From an uncultured Fidelibacterota bacterium (lineage in GTDB: Bacteria; Fidelibacterota; Marinisomatia; Marinisomatales; UBA1611), in assembly GCA_913040915.1 (NCBI GenBank), contig CAJWHW010000008.1:1340-65339 (forward strand): a stretch of 64,000 bases of DNA, in the 5' to 3' direction. Numbering within the stretch: the stretch's first letter is position 1; every line of letters begins with the position of its first letter. A program made the translations under genes and the position numbers. Below, piece after piece: positions 10,529 to 19,959 of this stretch. Under the pieces are notes generated by a model. It was given only the letters and a program-made list of their open reading frames with translations. It searched no databases and was not told where the DNA came from.

Positions 10529-11847
10529 TGAAAATATTAATATTTACCTTAACCATATCTACTATTCTGGCAAATGATCAAATTCCAGGTCTTGACCAAA
10601 AACGTCCCATTCTACTAAGAGGTGGTACACTGCATACGGTTTCAGGTGATGTACTAGAAGGGTATGATCTATTATTTGCAAATGGAAAAATTGTTACAAT
10701 TGACCAGCAAATCCAACCATCACCTGAGACTGACATCTATGATATTTACGGCAAACATGTTATACCCGGTTATATAGCAGCTTATACCAGATTGGGTTTA
10801 ACAGAAATTGCGGCAGTAAGACAAACCAATGATTACGCTGAAATTGGGGATATAAATCCGAATGTAAGAGCTAACGCAAGCTACCACCCCGATTCTGATT
10901 TGATACCAGTAACCCGCTCAAATGGTGTTTTAATTGCAAACTCTGCACCAACATCCGGACGATTCCCGGGTCAATCTTCCATTATGCTAATGGACGGTTG
11001 GACTTGGGAAGACGCTACCTTGAAGCACCCGTCTGCATTACAACTAAATTGGCCCAGCATGCGTCTTAATTTTAGGAAGGATGCCAAAAAAAAGGAGAAA
11101 GATCAACGAGATGCCTACCAAAAAGCTATACGAGAGATTGATCTGTTAGTCCGAGATGTACAAGCATATCATCAGCGCAGATCTGTAAAAGAAAGAAAAG
11201 CTGAACAAAAACAACAGACGGATTTACGGTTAGAATCAATGATACCATTCATCATTTATAAGGAACCCATCCACGTTCAGGCAAATGACATTCGACAAAT
11301 AGAAGCAGCAGTTAAATGGGCAAATAAACACAAATTTAATATCGTGATTGTAGGTGGTCGGGATGCATGGATGAATCCTGAATTACTGGTTAGAAATAAT
11401 ATACCAGTAATTTTGGTTGGAGTTCAAATGACCCCAAGGAGAAGATTTGAGCCGATTCATACGCCATACAAGGCTCCCTCTATGCTTCATGAAGCAGGTG
11501 TTAGTTTTTGTATCTCTACAGATACAGGCTATACGTCTGATGGACAAGTACGACTACTCCCAAATGAAGCTATGCGTGCAGCTGCCTGGGGGCTACCTAA
11601 AAGCGAAGCCTTGCGATCAATTACATTATCTGCAGCTGAGATTTTAGGTGTAGATGATAAAGTCGGTTCTTTGGACCCCGGGAAGGATGCAACATTCTTC
11701 ATTGCAGATACACATCCATTGATTCAAACTACAAATCCAACTAAAGCATTCATTCAAGGTCGAGAAGTAGATCTTACAGATCGTCAAAAAAATCTGTGGG
11801 AAAAGTATAAAGAAAAATACCGCCGTTTGGGCAGGCTAAATGATTGA
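10528..11847 (+). CDS. Amidohydrolase family protein, partner subunit lacking HxH
   Basis: GKHVIPGYIAAYT and GSLDPGKDATFFI. Translationally coupled to the previous gene (TAATG). Confidence 0.85.
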   Translation: MKILIFTLTISTILANDQIPGLDQKRPILLRGGTLHTVSGDVLEGYDLLFANGKIVTIDQQIQPSPETDIYDIYGKHVIPGYIAAYTRLGLTEIAAVRQTNDYAEIGDINPNVRANASYHPDSDLIPVTRSNGVLIANSAPTSGRFPGQSSIMLMDGWTWEDATLKHPSALQLNWPSMRLNFRKDAKKKEKDQRDAYQKAIREIDLLVRDVQAYHQRRSVKERKAEQKQQTDLRLESMIPFIIYKEPIHVQANDIRQIEAAVKWANKHKFNIVIVGGRDAWMNPELLVRNNIPVILVGVQMTPRRRFEPIHTPYKAPSMLHEAGVSFCISTDTGYTSDGQVRLLPNEAMRAAAWGLPKSEALRSITLSAAEILGVDDKVGSLDPGKDATFFIADTHPLIQTTNPTKAFIQGREVDLTDRQKNLWEKYKEKYRRLGRLND

Positions 11848-12255
11848 TCAGACCCTCATAGTTGGAAGACTGAAAATATAGGTAGTCCCCGCTAAAGCTG
11901 CCAGTACAGTTAAAATCTTGGCCCAGATCAGATAATCTGGAATTCCAAATACAATTGCAAATACAATAAATATCCACATGAACAAAAATACCATTATTTT
12001 TGCTTTTATTGACATTCCATTTCCTTCGCGAAAATTTTTGACATGGTGACCAAATAACTGATGATTAATCACCCAGTCATAAAATCTTTGGGAAGAACGG
12101 TAAAAACAAGCAGCTGCCATTAACATAAAAACCGTTGTAGGCAAGCCAGGAATAATGATACCGACTAGCCCGATCATTGCAGAAATACATCCGCTAATGA
12201 GCCAAAATATGCGAGTGACTTTATTTGATTTTATCTGTGCAATGTGAAGACTCAT
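11848..12255 (-). CDS. ybaN: YbaN/DUF454 family inner membrane protein
   Basis: GLVGIIIPGLPTTVFMLMAAACFYRSS...FG...K.K signature. Confidence 0.9.
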   Translation of the reverse strand: MSLHIAQIKSNKVTRIFWLISGCISAMIGLVGIIIPGLPTTVFMLMAAACFYRSSQRFYDWVINHQLFGHHVKNFREGNGMSIKAKIMVFLFMWIFIVFAIVFGIPDYLIWAKILTVLAALAGTTYIFSLPTMRV

Positions 12256-12296
12256 ATTGTTGAACTAACTTATTTAAAATGAATTGTAAATAAAAA

Positions 12297-12683
12297 TTAA
12301 ATTGTCCGTAGCTTGATAATATAAACTGTACCTATTGTAGCAGCAATAAGTGTTATAATCTTAACAATTAACAATTTATCAGGTATCCCAAATAATACTG
12401 AAATTGAAACGAAAACCCACATCCATGTTAATATCCTTTGCTTAGCTTTTCTTGGTATTCCCTTATAATCTCGGAAATTTTTTACGTGCTGTCCAAAATA
12501 TTTATTATTAATGGCCCATTCATATAATTTTTTTGAACTACGGAAAAAACAGGCCGCTGCAAGAATCATTACAGGTGTCGTAGGTAAACCAGGTAAAATT
12601 ATTCCAATTAATCCAATAATAGATAGTAGAATACCTAGTATTAGCCAGAAGTACCTGACGACTGGATTATTACTTATAAACAT
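12297..12683 (-). CDS. ybaN: YbaN/DUF454 family inner membrane protein, tandem paralog
   Basis: GLIGIILPGLPTTPVMILAAACFFRSS; clearly similar to the neighbouring gene. Confidence 0.9.
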   Translation of the reverse strand: MFISNNPVVRYFWLILGILLSIIGLIGIILPGLPTTPVMILAAACFFRSSKKLYEWAINNKYFGQHVKNFRDYKGIPRKAKQRILTWMWVFVSISVLFGIPDKLLIVKIITLIAATIGTVYIIKLRTI

Positions 12684-12720
12684 ATGTTAATTGGAATAAA
12701 ATTAGAATATTTACCTTAGT

Positions 12721-13143
12721 CTAATTGAAATTTGCGTCTATATCTATAGTGAAGTCTGGATTGTCTTGTGTTAGGTCTATACTATTTATATAACTACCTA
12801 TTAAGATATAATTAGTACCAGCAGTTGCGTAACCTAATGACCAATAAGTAATAGTGACTGCATCATAAGTTCTAAAAGAGAGACTATCAAAGCTGAAACT
12901 ATAGTTACCACTTTGGACATTATCACTTGTTATGTAGGAGAATTTTGCTGGTGGGCCCTGCGGTGGATAAACTGTATCTAAAGTAATCAAGACTTCACCA
13001 GTATCAGGCCATGTACCCGTAAAATTAACATTACCAGATATTGAACCATATTCTGGTAAAATTTCTTCATCATTGTTTTTGTCTTCACAAGACACTAATA
13101 CTAGTAAAATGGAAGAGAAAAATAGGCTTATAACTTTTTTCAT
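12721..13143 (-). CDS. Hypothetical lipoprotein, beta-rich, downstream of a TonB-dependent receptor
   Basis: LVSC lipobox followed by EDKNNDEE; GSISGNVNFTGTWP. Confidence 0.75.
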   Translation of the reverse strand: MKKVISLFFSSILLVLVSCEDKNNDEEILPEYGSISGNVNFTGTWPDTGEVLITLDTVYPPQGPPAKFSYITSDNVQSGNYSFSFDSLSFRTYDAVTITYWSLGYATAGTNYILIGSYINSIDLTQDNPDFTIDIDANFN

Positions 13144-13154
13144 AAATGTTACCT

Positions 13155-15317
13155 TTATTTTATTACTTTATTAATTGATATTTCAAAGTTTCTACCAGGC
13201 ATTGGATAATGTTGTATAAGAACATACTGCCTATTAAAAAGATTCTTGATCCTAATTGTTAAGTCATAATCAAGCAAAGTCTTAGACATACTAAAGTCAG
13301 TAATAAATGTGGCAGGAAGAGTCTCTAGTGGGAAAATAACTTTGTTATTTTCAATTGGATGATCATCACTTAAGAAGTCTTCATATAATTGCGTGCTGGT
13401 ATATTTCGTTGATAATGTAAAATCAATACCAGGTGTCTTTTGTAATACCGTAAACCTTATTTTATGATTCGGACGGTAAAGTAATGGAAAATCTGCTTTT
13501 ACATTTTCCATATCCAAATAGCTATAATTAAAATTAATGATTGAACCTGTTCGATTTAAATTCATATTTGAACCAAGCTCAAAACCTTTACCATGAACTG
13601 TCCCACGATTAACAGATCTGACAGGAATAGTATAAACAAAATCAATCATATCTCTGTAACGATTAAAGAAAAGATTACCAAAAAATGAAAAATTCCCTTC
13701 TGCTTGATACTCAAACCCTGATTCAATATTCGTTAATGATTCAGCATTTAAGCTTGGATTACCTTGCAACAAAAGGCCATAACTACTTTCATACTCTAAA
13801 AATAATTCTGAAATGGAAGGAGCTCTGAAACCCTGATTAATTGATATATAAACTTTTGTTTTTGAATTTATACTTTGGGATAGACTAAGTTTTGGAGAAA
13901 TTGCTTTAAATAACTTCGGCTTATATCTATCACCACCCTTGACTTCTCTAAAATCATATCGTAAGCCAAAATCAAACATAATTTTATTAAAAATCTCTTT
14001 TCTAAACTGTGCAAAACCTGCAGTCGTAAATTGTTCTGGTTGTACGTATATGTTTCTTAAAACATTGGACCTGGACTGGTCTAAAGAGATTTCTGTACCT
14101 ATTACCAGGTTGGTTTCTTCATTATAAAACTTCTGTAACTGACTTCTAAAAATATAGCTTTTATCACGATAATGTGTCTTGCCTAGGATTTTATTTTCTG
14201 GAGCATCATTACGATCATTATAATCAGTATCAAACTGATTTGAAGCTATTGAAACAGAAATTATGCTCTGGCCTAATAGTGCTTTATAATAAAACTGTAG
14301 ATAACTACTCAATCGGTTAGACTCTCTGTAAGATATTAAACCTGGATTATCTGGATAAACAAAACCAGGTTGGCCATTGAAACTATTTGCATTGATGAAT
14401 GAGAATTGAACCTGTTGATTAATTGATATTGATCTATTTAGCTTAACGGAAAATCGTTTTTGTTCATAACCTGAATTAAATCTGTGGCCATTTGAACTAC
14501 CGTAACCAACTGAGCTAACAATCTTTGTATTTTTTATACTTCCAGTATATGATAAAGAAAGGGCATTTGAACCATAACTACCATAACGTAACCTAGGGTA
14601 CCATTCATTTGAATAATTACCTGTTTTCGTAACTAAATTAACAATACCTCCCATAGAATTATGGCCATAGACTGATGAAGCAGGACCCCTAACAACTTCA
14701 ATATGTTTTATTGTTTCAAACGGTATTGCATTCCAATCTGATGAACCAGAATTCGGTATTGAAACTGGAAAACCATCAAGCAGAAGTAAGACTCTATTGT
14801 TATAACCGCCTGGCTTGAAGTCAGATGATCCTCTAATTGAAATATTCACATTTCGCCCATAATCATGAGCACTCTGAACTTCAATACCATGAAGATTAGT
14901 TAGGAGAGCAGAAAGAGTCTCTTGATCAGTGTTAGTTACCTTATTTCTTTCTACTATTTCCGTTGTTTCAGGCGAGTGTTTGGATGGAATAAACCCCATT
15001 ACATTTATTGCTTTCCATTGAATAGAACTCTTTTCAAGTGCTATATCTAGGTACAATTGACCTGTATTGTTAATATCAATTATTTGAGAAAACTGTTTAT
15101 AACCAATAATAGAAAAAAGTATTTTGTAATTACCTTGTGGAAGATTTTCTAATTGGAAATAACCATTGCTATCAGATGCTGTACCAGTATTTAATTCTTC
15201 TATAATAATATTTACACTTTCTAGTGGGTTTTTAGACTCTGAATCATAAATGCTACCCGAGATAGATAAACCATTTAAAAAAGAAGTGCAAATTAGAAAC
15301 AAGCTTAAAAAGTACAT
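13155..15317 (-). CDS. TonB-dependent receptor
   Basis: N-terminal carboxypeptidase-regulatory-like domain (GTASDSNGYF), plug (ISIRG, LLDGFP, IEVVRGPASSVYG..SMGGIVNL), FRAPSISELF, C-terminal MPGRNF. Confidence 0.93.
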   Translation of the reverse strand: MYFLSLFLICTSFLNGLSISGSIYDSESKNPLESVNIIIEELNTGTASDSNGYFQLENLPQGNYKILFSIIGYKQFSQIIDINNTGQLYLDIALEKSSIQWKAINVMGFIPSKHSPETTEIVERNKVTNTDQETLSALLTNLHGIEVQSAHDYGRNVNISIRGSSDFKPGGYNNRVLLLLDGFPVSIPNSGSSDWNAIPFETIKHIEVVRGPASSVYGHNSMGGIVNLVTKTGNYSNEWYPRLRYGSYGSNALSLSYTGSIKNTKIVSSVGYGSSNGHRFNSGYEQKRFSVKLNRSISINQQVQFSFINANSFNGQPGFVYPDNPGLISYRESNRLSSYLQFYYKALLGQSIISVSIASNQFDTDYNDRNDAPENKILGKTHYRDKSYIFRSQLQKFYNEETNLVIGTEISLDQSRSNVLRNIYVQPEQFTTAGFAQFRKEIFNKIMFDFGLRYDFREVKGGDRYKPKLFKAISPKLSLSQSINSKTKVYISINQGFRAPSISELFLEYESSYGLLLQGNPSLNAESLTNIESGFEYQAEGNFSFFGNLFFNRYRDMIDFVYTIPVRSVNRGTVHGKGFELGSNMNLNRTGSIINFNYSYLDMENVKADFPLLYRPNHKIRFTVLQKTPGIDFTLSTKYTSTQLYEDFLSDDHPIENNKVIFPLETLPATFITDFSMSKTLLDYDLTIRIKNLFNRQYVLIQHYPMPGRNFEISINKVIK

Positions 15318-15335
15318 TATCGCCTTAAATAATAC

Positions 15336-15932
15336 TTAATTATTGATTTTAGGGTCTCTTATCAGTTCATTGAGAAGATTCTCTACATCTTTATCAGTCA
15401 CTGGCTCCTTTTTATCTCCCATAAATACAAGCCCCATGAAAAGGCCACCAAGAGCTTTAAACATAAGTTGTGGATCGACTTTAGGGAACTCACCTAGCTT
15501 TATGCCATCTTCTAACAGACCTTGAATAACAGCATAAAGTCTATGTTGGTATTCTTTCCATGGTTGTTGATCTAATTTGATTATTTTTGGGACATCGAAA
15601 AGGAACTCAAACAACCCAGGCCTATTTTGAGCATTTTCAGCTATTTTTATTAGTACATTAATAAAAGTTTTTCTGGGAGAATTCTCATCTGATATAACGG
15701 GCTCTAATGATTCCCATATATTCTTCCAACCATCAACTAAAATTGCTGACAATACATCTTCTTTTGATTTGAAGTAATAATAAAGTGTAGCTTTGCCAAA
15801 TCCAGCTGCATTTGAAATTTCATCCATAGTAGCACCCTCGAGACCCTTCGTTTTGAAAACTTCGAGGGCACCTAATAATATACGCTCTTGGCGCATTTTT
15901 CTTTCTTCTAATTGACGTCTAGAAACAGACAT
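15336..15932 (-). CDS. TetR/AcrR family transcriptional regulator
   Basis: Helix-turn-helix ATMDEISNAAGFGKATLYYYFKSKED. Confidence 0.93.
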   Translation of the reverse strand: MSVSRRQLEERKMRQERILLGALEVFKTKGLEGATMDEISNAAGFGKATLYYYFKSKEDVLSAILVDGWKNIWESLEPVISDENSPRKTFINVLIKIAENAQNRPGLFEFLFDVPKIIKLDQQPWKEYQHRLYAVIQGLLEDGIKLGEFPKVDPQLMFKALGGLFMGLVFMGDKKEPVTDKDVENLLNELIRDPKINN

Positions 15933-15960
15933 ATTGATTGTTCCAAAATCTAAATATATA

Positions 15961-15978
15961 TTCGAATGACCGGTCGAA
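15961..15978. promoter_or_regulatory. Possible TetR operator
   Basis: TTCGAATGACCGGTCGAA: TTCGA/TCGAA inverted arms plus a GACCGGTC palindrome, about 30 bp upstream of the tetR start in an otherwise AT-rich spacer. Confidence 0.4.
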
Positions 15979-16115
15979 ATTTAAAACCTGTGTTTTTATA
16001 ATACAAAATGATTCATATAATTATAATTATTTTTTTTCCAGTAACTTTGATTACGACAATAAAGTATATTGTTATACTAAAATAATAATCTTCAGAAAAA
16101 CTTTTAACAAATAAA

Positions 16116-17108
16116 ATGCAAAATGATTATCTTGATAGTAGTAATAGGATAGGGATCTTGATTTCCAATTTAGGTACCCCTAGTTCCACATCAACAAAAG
16201 ATTTAAGGAGTTATCTTAATCAATTTCTGATGGATAAAAGGGTAATTGATTTGCCAAGAGTACTATGGATACCTATCCTAAAACTAATTATATTAAACAT
16301 AAGGCCAAGAAAATCTGCAAAATTATATAAAGCTATTTGGACGGAAGAAGGTTCTCCTTTACTATCCTATTCAGAAAAAATTGTTCAAAAACTATCAGCA
16401 TTATTTGATAAACGAATTACATTAGTTCTTGGTATGCGGTATGGTACACCTTCCATATCAGATGCAATGGATGTTCTAAGAAAAAAGAAAATTTCAAAGA
16501 TAATAGTACTCCCATTATATCCACAGGCAGGTTCACCAACCACAGCAAGCACATTTGATGCAGTAGCTGGTTATTTAAAAAATATCTCGTGGATGCCAAA
16601 TTTAAAATTTATATCTGGATATCATGACCATGACGATTACATCAATGCTTTGGTCAAAACAATAAATAACAGTTTTAAAAATAATGGTAAGCCTGATAAA
16701 TTAATTTTCAGTTTTCATGGAATGCCATATCGCTATTTAGAAAAAGGTGATCCCTACTATTGTTTTTGCCACAAGACGGCTCGTTTGACTGCTGAAAGCT
16801 TAAAACTTAATGAAAATTCTTATCTTGTTGCGTTCCAATCCAGGTTCGGATCAGATAAATGGCTAGAACCATATATTGATAAGTTACTCATCGATGAAGC
16901 AACTAGTGGTACAAAATATATTCAAGTGATTTCACCAGGGTTTGCAGTTGATTGCCTCGAAACATTAGAAGAAATAAGCATACAATATCGTGAATTATTC
17001 ATTTCTAATGGTGGTGAAAAATTTGAATATATACCCTGTTTAAATGATGATGATGATCAAATAAATTTGTTTCATAAAATAATCAATAACTGTATTGCAG
17101 ATTGGTGA
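16116..17108 (+). CDS. hemH: Ferrochelatase
   Basis: SNLGTP, GMRYGTP, LPLYPQ, FSFHGMP, FQSRFG..WLEP, PGFAVDCLETLEEI, IPCLND. Confidence 0.96.
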   Translation: MQNDYLDSSNRIGILISNLGTPSSTSTKDLRSYLNQFLMDKRVIDLPRVLWIPILKLIILNIRPRKSAKLYKAIWTEEGSPLLSYSEKIVQKLSALFDKRITLVLGMRYGTPSISDAMDVLRKKKISKIIVLPLYPQAGSPTTASTFDAVAGYLKNISWMPNLKFISGYHDHDDYINALVKTINNSFKNNGKPDKLIFSFHGMPYRYLEKGDPYYCFCHKTARLTAESLKLNENSYLVAFQSRFGSDKWLEPYIDKLLIDEATSGTKYIQVISPGFAVDCLETLEEISIQYRELFISNGGEKFEYIPCLNDDDDQINLFHKIINNCIADW

Positions 17109-18434
17109 TTATTTTAATTTCTTTATAAGTAGATCAGCCTGTTTAAAAATATCGTGTATATGTAGATACGAAAATTGTGCACTGCGTCCAATGGTATATA
17201 AATTTTTGAATCCGCTTAAAAATGAAAAAACATTATCTATTTTTTTTTCACTATCAATTTTTAGAATTGGATAGGCATATTTCAAATCGATTACTTTATG
17301 CCCTATAATTTGTTCATCATCAATTAATTTATTATCAATAAGGATATCACGCGTCATTGAGAAAACTTGCTCTTCTTTTAATGGATGCAATAAGGAATCT
17401 GGGCCGTAAGGGATTTCAATTACTATGCAAGTTTTATCATTTGGAGCCATTTTACTGCTTCTGTTTTTAGGCTCATAAATACGTGTAAACGGGTAAATGG
17501 ATTCTGGAAAATAAATTGATGCATTTTTAGTAAAATTAGGTGTGTCTAGATAAATAATACACAGATATAAATTTCTATAGTGGATACTATTTACTATATC
17601 TCTAATCTCTATTGGCGGAGGTGGATCTAAGGCATTGATTAAAATATTTATTGGTAAAGTACTAACAACCTTTTCAATATTTTCAATTATATTATGTCCG
17701 GTGGTAATTTTTGTTATTCTACTATCATTGTGGTATAATTTGGTTATTGTTGTATTGTAGTAGATCGAAGTATGGTCAAAACTGTCTTTGATTCTTTCAA
17801 ATATTGTTCCAAAACCATATACAGGATAATAAAATGAACCATCAAGATGATTAACCTTCTGAGAATTAAAAATTAATTGTTTAATTAATGAGGTAATATT
17901 TAGATTTTTCAATCTATTACCTGAGACTTTAATATCTAATTCATGAGCAGGACTACCCCATAATTTTTCTGTATAATTAATAAGAAATAATTCAGATAAA
18001 GTTTTGCCGTATAATTGATATGCATAATTCTTAAAATCATCATACTTATTATTTCGTATGAAAAGATTATTAAAGTTTTCAATGAAAATTTTGTATATGG
18101 TAGTTTTATCTAGCTTTTTTAAAATACTATAAAAATTTAATGGAAAATCTATCATTCCCCCTTTGTGATAGATTTGGCTAGGAGCATTGACCTGTTTTAA
18201 TTCATTACCCATAAAATGTTTTATTTCAGTAGTTATTTCATCATATTTATCATGAAATCTGTGTGCGCCAGTATCGTAACTAAATTGTCCATCTTTTATA
18301 GTTTTACAATTCCCACCAACCTGATTTGAGCTTTCATAAAGATTAAAAATAATATTATTCTTTTTCGCATAATACCCCACAGCAAGGCCTGCTGGGCCAG
18401 CTCCAAGAATATGTAATTTTGAATGGTCTACCAT
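17109..18434 (-). CDS. FAD-dependent oxidoreductase (protoporphyrinogen-oxidase/UDP-galactopyranose-mutase-like superfamily)
   Basis: ILGAGPAGL, VGG, DTGAHRF, FYYPVYGFG, AYP and GRSAQFSY. Substrate not assignable. Confidence 0.75.
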   Translation of the reverse strand: MVDHSKLHILGAGPAGLAVGYYAKKNNIIFNLYESSNQVGGNCKTIKDGQFSYDTGAHRFHDKYDEITTEIKHFMGNELKQVNAPSQIYHKGGMIDFPLNFYSILKKLDKTTIYKIFIENFNNLFIRNNKYDDFKNYAYQLYGKTLSELFLINYTEKLWGSPAHELDIKVSGNRLKNLNITSLIKQLIFNSQKVNHLDGSFYYPVYGFGTIFERIKDSFDHTSIYYNTTITKLYHNDSRITKITTGHNIIENIEKVVSTLPINILINALDPPPPIEIRDIVNSIHYRNLYLCIIYLDTPNFTKNASIYFPESIYPFTRIYEPKNRSSKMAPNDKTCIVIEIPYGPDSLLHPLKEEQVFSMTRDILIDNKLIDDEQIIGHKVIDLKYAYPILKIDSEKKIDNVFSFLSGFKNLYTIGRSAQFSYLHIHDIFKQADLLIKKLK

Positions 18435-18435
18435 T

Positions 18436-19860
18436 TTATTTTTTTTCTAGTTTGAAAGTTTCAATTGCAGACCACATTCTATTAACATACGGATTATGAA
18501 AATATGTAGTATCATGAATAGCTTCATACTTACTACCAAAAAGATTTTCGAAATTTCCAATAAGTAAAGCTGTATCTTTACCAGATGAATTAAATATCCT
18601 TATTTGTTCAATATTCTCAATATCGATAAAATCACCTTTTAGGCCATGCCGTTCTAAATAATAATTGATCAAAGGTGTACTAATTACTGTTTTGTAAGAT
18701 CTATCTGAAATTAGGTCATCTTTTAATTTAGATATTGCAGTAGGATTCTTATGTTGTATTACTACGGTAGAAGTAATTGTAATTAAGGAAATAAAAAATA
18801 ATGTAGATAAAACATTCAATAAAGTTTTTTGAGGATTAGTGATATATTTTTGACCTATAGTTGCTAAAATAAATAATATCAAAAGAATAGGCATCACGTG
18901 TCTTGATTTATAAATCATATTTTGGAAAAGAAATATCCAGATTATATATAAAAACATACAATATATAATCATTAACAGATTTTTGTCATATTTAAGATAT
19001 TTTTTAAGGCCTTTAATACCGTAATAAAGAAAATAAATATAGAATATTGATAGGACTAGAGTAGGCCAACCTCTTCCTGGCCAAAATCCACCTAGACCAT
19101 CAGCCCATATTGACCTAAATAAATTAATAATTCTAAGAAAGTAATTATTCTCAGTAATAATAGTACCACCAAAATTTGTGAAATGACCTACAGATTGTTT
19201 ATTAGCAGCAATATATAAATTCTCAAACCCCGTCATTAATATTAGAGGCAAGAGCCATAAAATACATCCTAAAATAAAAGACATAAGTAGATACGATCTT
19301 TTATTATGAAATATTAAATGGTAAAAAAATGGAATAATAACTAAAGGAACATATGAAAGTCGAACACCAGATAAGATACCAATTAAAAAACACCCTGCAG
19401 TCAAATTATTTATTCTACTTCTTTTTTCTGTTAAATAGTATAGACATGAAACTGAGAGTGCTAAACCCATTAAATCTGGCATATATCGATTACTCATTAA
19501 CCAAATCATTGGATTAAAAAAAATAAGAAAAGAGCAGAATATACCAATGCGATTGTTTATTTCTATTTTACTAATTTTTAAAATATAATAATTGATAAGA
19601 AAAATAGAAACAGCACCAATTAATGAAAAAGTTACTCCCTTACTTCCAAGTATACTAAATAATATGTTCGCTATAAAACAAAATACAGGATATCCAGGGA
19701 AATGAGGCTGCAGCTTAGTAATACTATAATTATCAAGGCTAAGTGCAAACCTCAAACTGTCTATATCTTCTATATAATAAATACTTGAAGCAGCGCGCGA
19801 AATAACATATGCAACAAATAACAAAAAATAAGACTGGTTTTTAGTGAGTTTATTAAACAT
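18436..19860 (-). CDS. Polytopic membrane protein, probable GT-C-fold glycosyltransferase-like
   Basis: Many hydrophobic segments. An acidic first loop EDIDSLRFAL is followed by QPHFPGYP; also MPD and GVR motifs. Confidence 0.6.
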   Translation of the reverse strand: MFNKLTKNQSYFLLFVAYVISRAASSIYYIEDIDSLRFALSLDNYSITKLQPHFPGYPVFCFIANILFSILGSKGVTFSLIGAVSIFLINYYILKISKIEINNRIGIFCSFLIFFNPMIWLMSNRYMPDLMGLALSVSCLYYLTEKRSRINNLTAGCFLIGILSGVRLSYVPLVIIPFFYHLIFHNKRSYLLMSFILGCILWLLPLILMTGFENLYIAANKQSVGHFTNFGGTIITENNYFLRIINLFRSIWADGLGGFWPGRGWPTLVLSIFYIYFLYYGIKGLKKYLKYDKNLLMIIYCMFLYIIWIFLFQNMIYKSRHVMPILLILFILATIGQKYITNPQKTLLNVLSTLFFISLITITSTVVIQHKNPTAISKLKDDLISDRSYKTVISTPLINYYLERHGLKGDFIDIENIEQIRIFNSSGKDTALLIGNFENLFGSKYEAIHDTTYFHNPYVNRMWSAIETFKLEKK

Positions 19861-19870
19861 TGAATTATCT

Positions 19871-19909
19871 AAAATAAAAATAAGGGGTCTTACAATAAGA
19901 CCCCTTATT
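19871..19909 (-). terminator. Rho-independent terminator after the DUF4856-like gene
   Basis: 14-bp stem AATAAGGGGTCTTA-caa-TAAGACCCCTTATT (19879-19909), followed on the minus strand by TTTATTTT. Confidence 0.85.
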
Positions 19910-19959
19910 AGTAATTGATAGAGAATATATTCTCTATCTTATTTTCAAATACCTAAAAT

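Noticed and set aside
17109-18434. Calling the flavoprotein HemY/protoporphyrinogen oxidase because it abuts hemH
   Set aside because: It is convergent with hemH rather than co-transcribed, and its motifs (DTGAHRF, FYYP..GFG, GR...F.Y) look more like glycan-cluster flavoenzymes. Kept only as an alternative.
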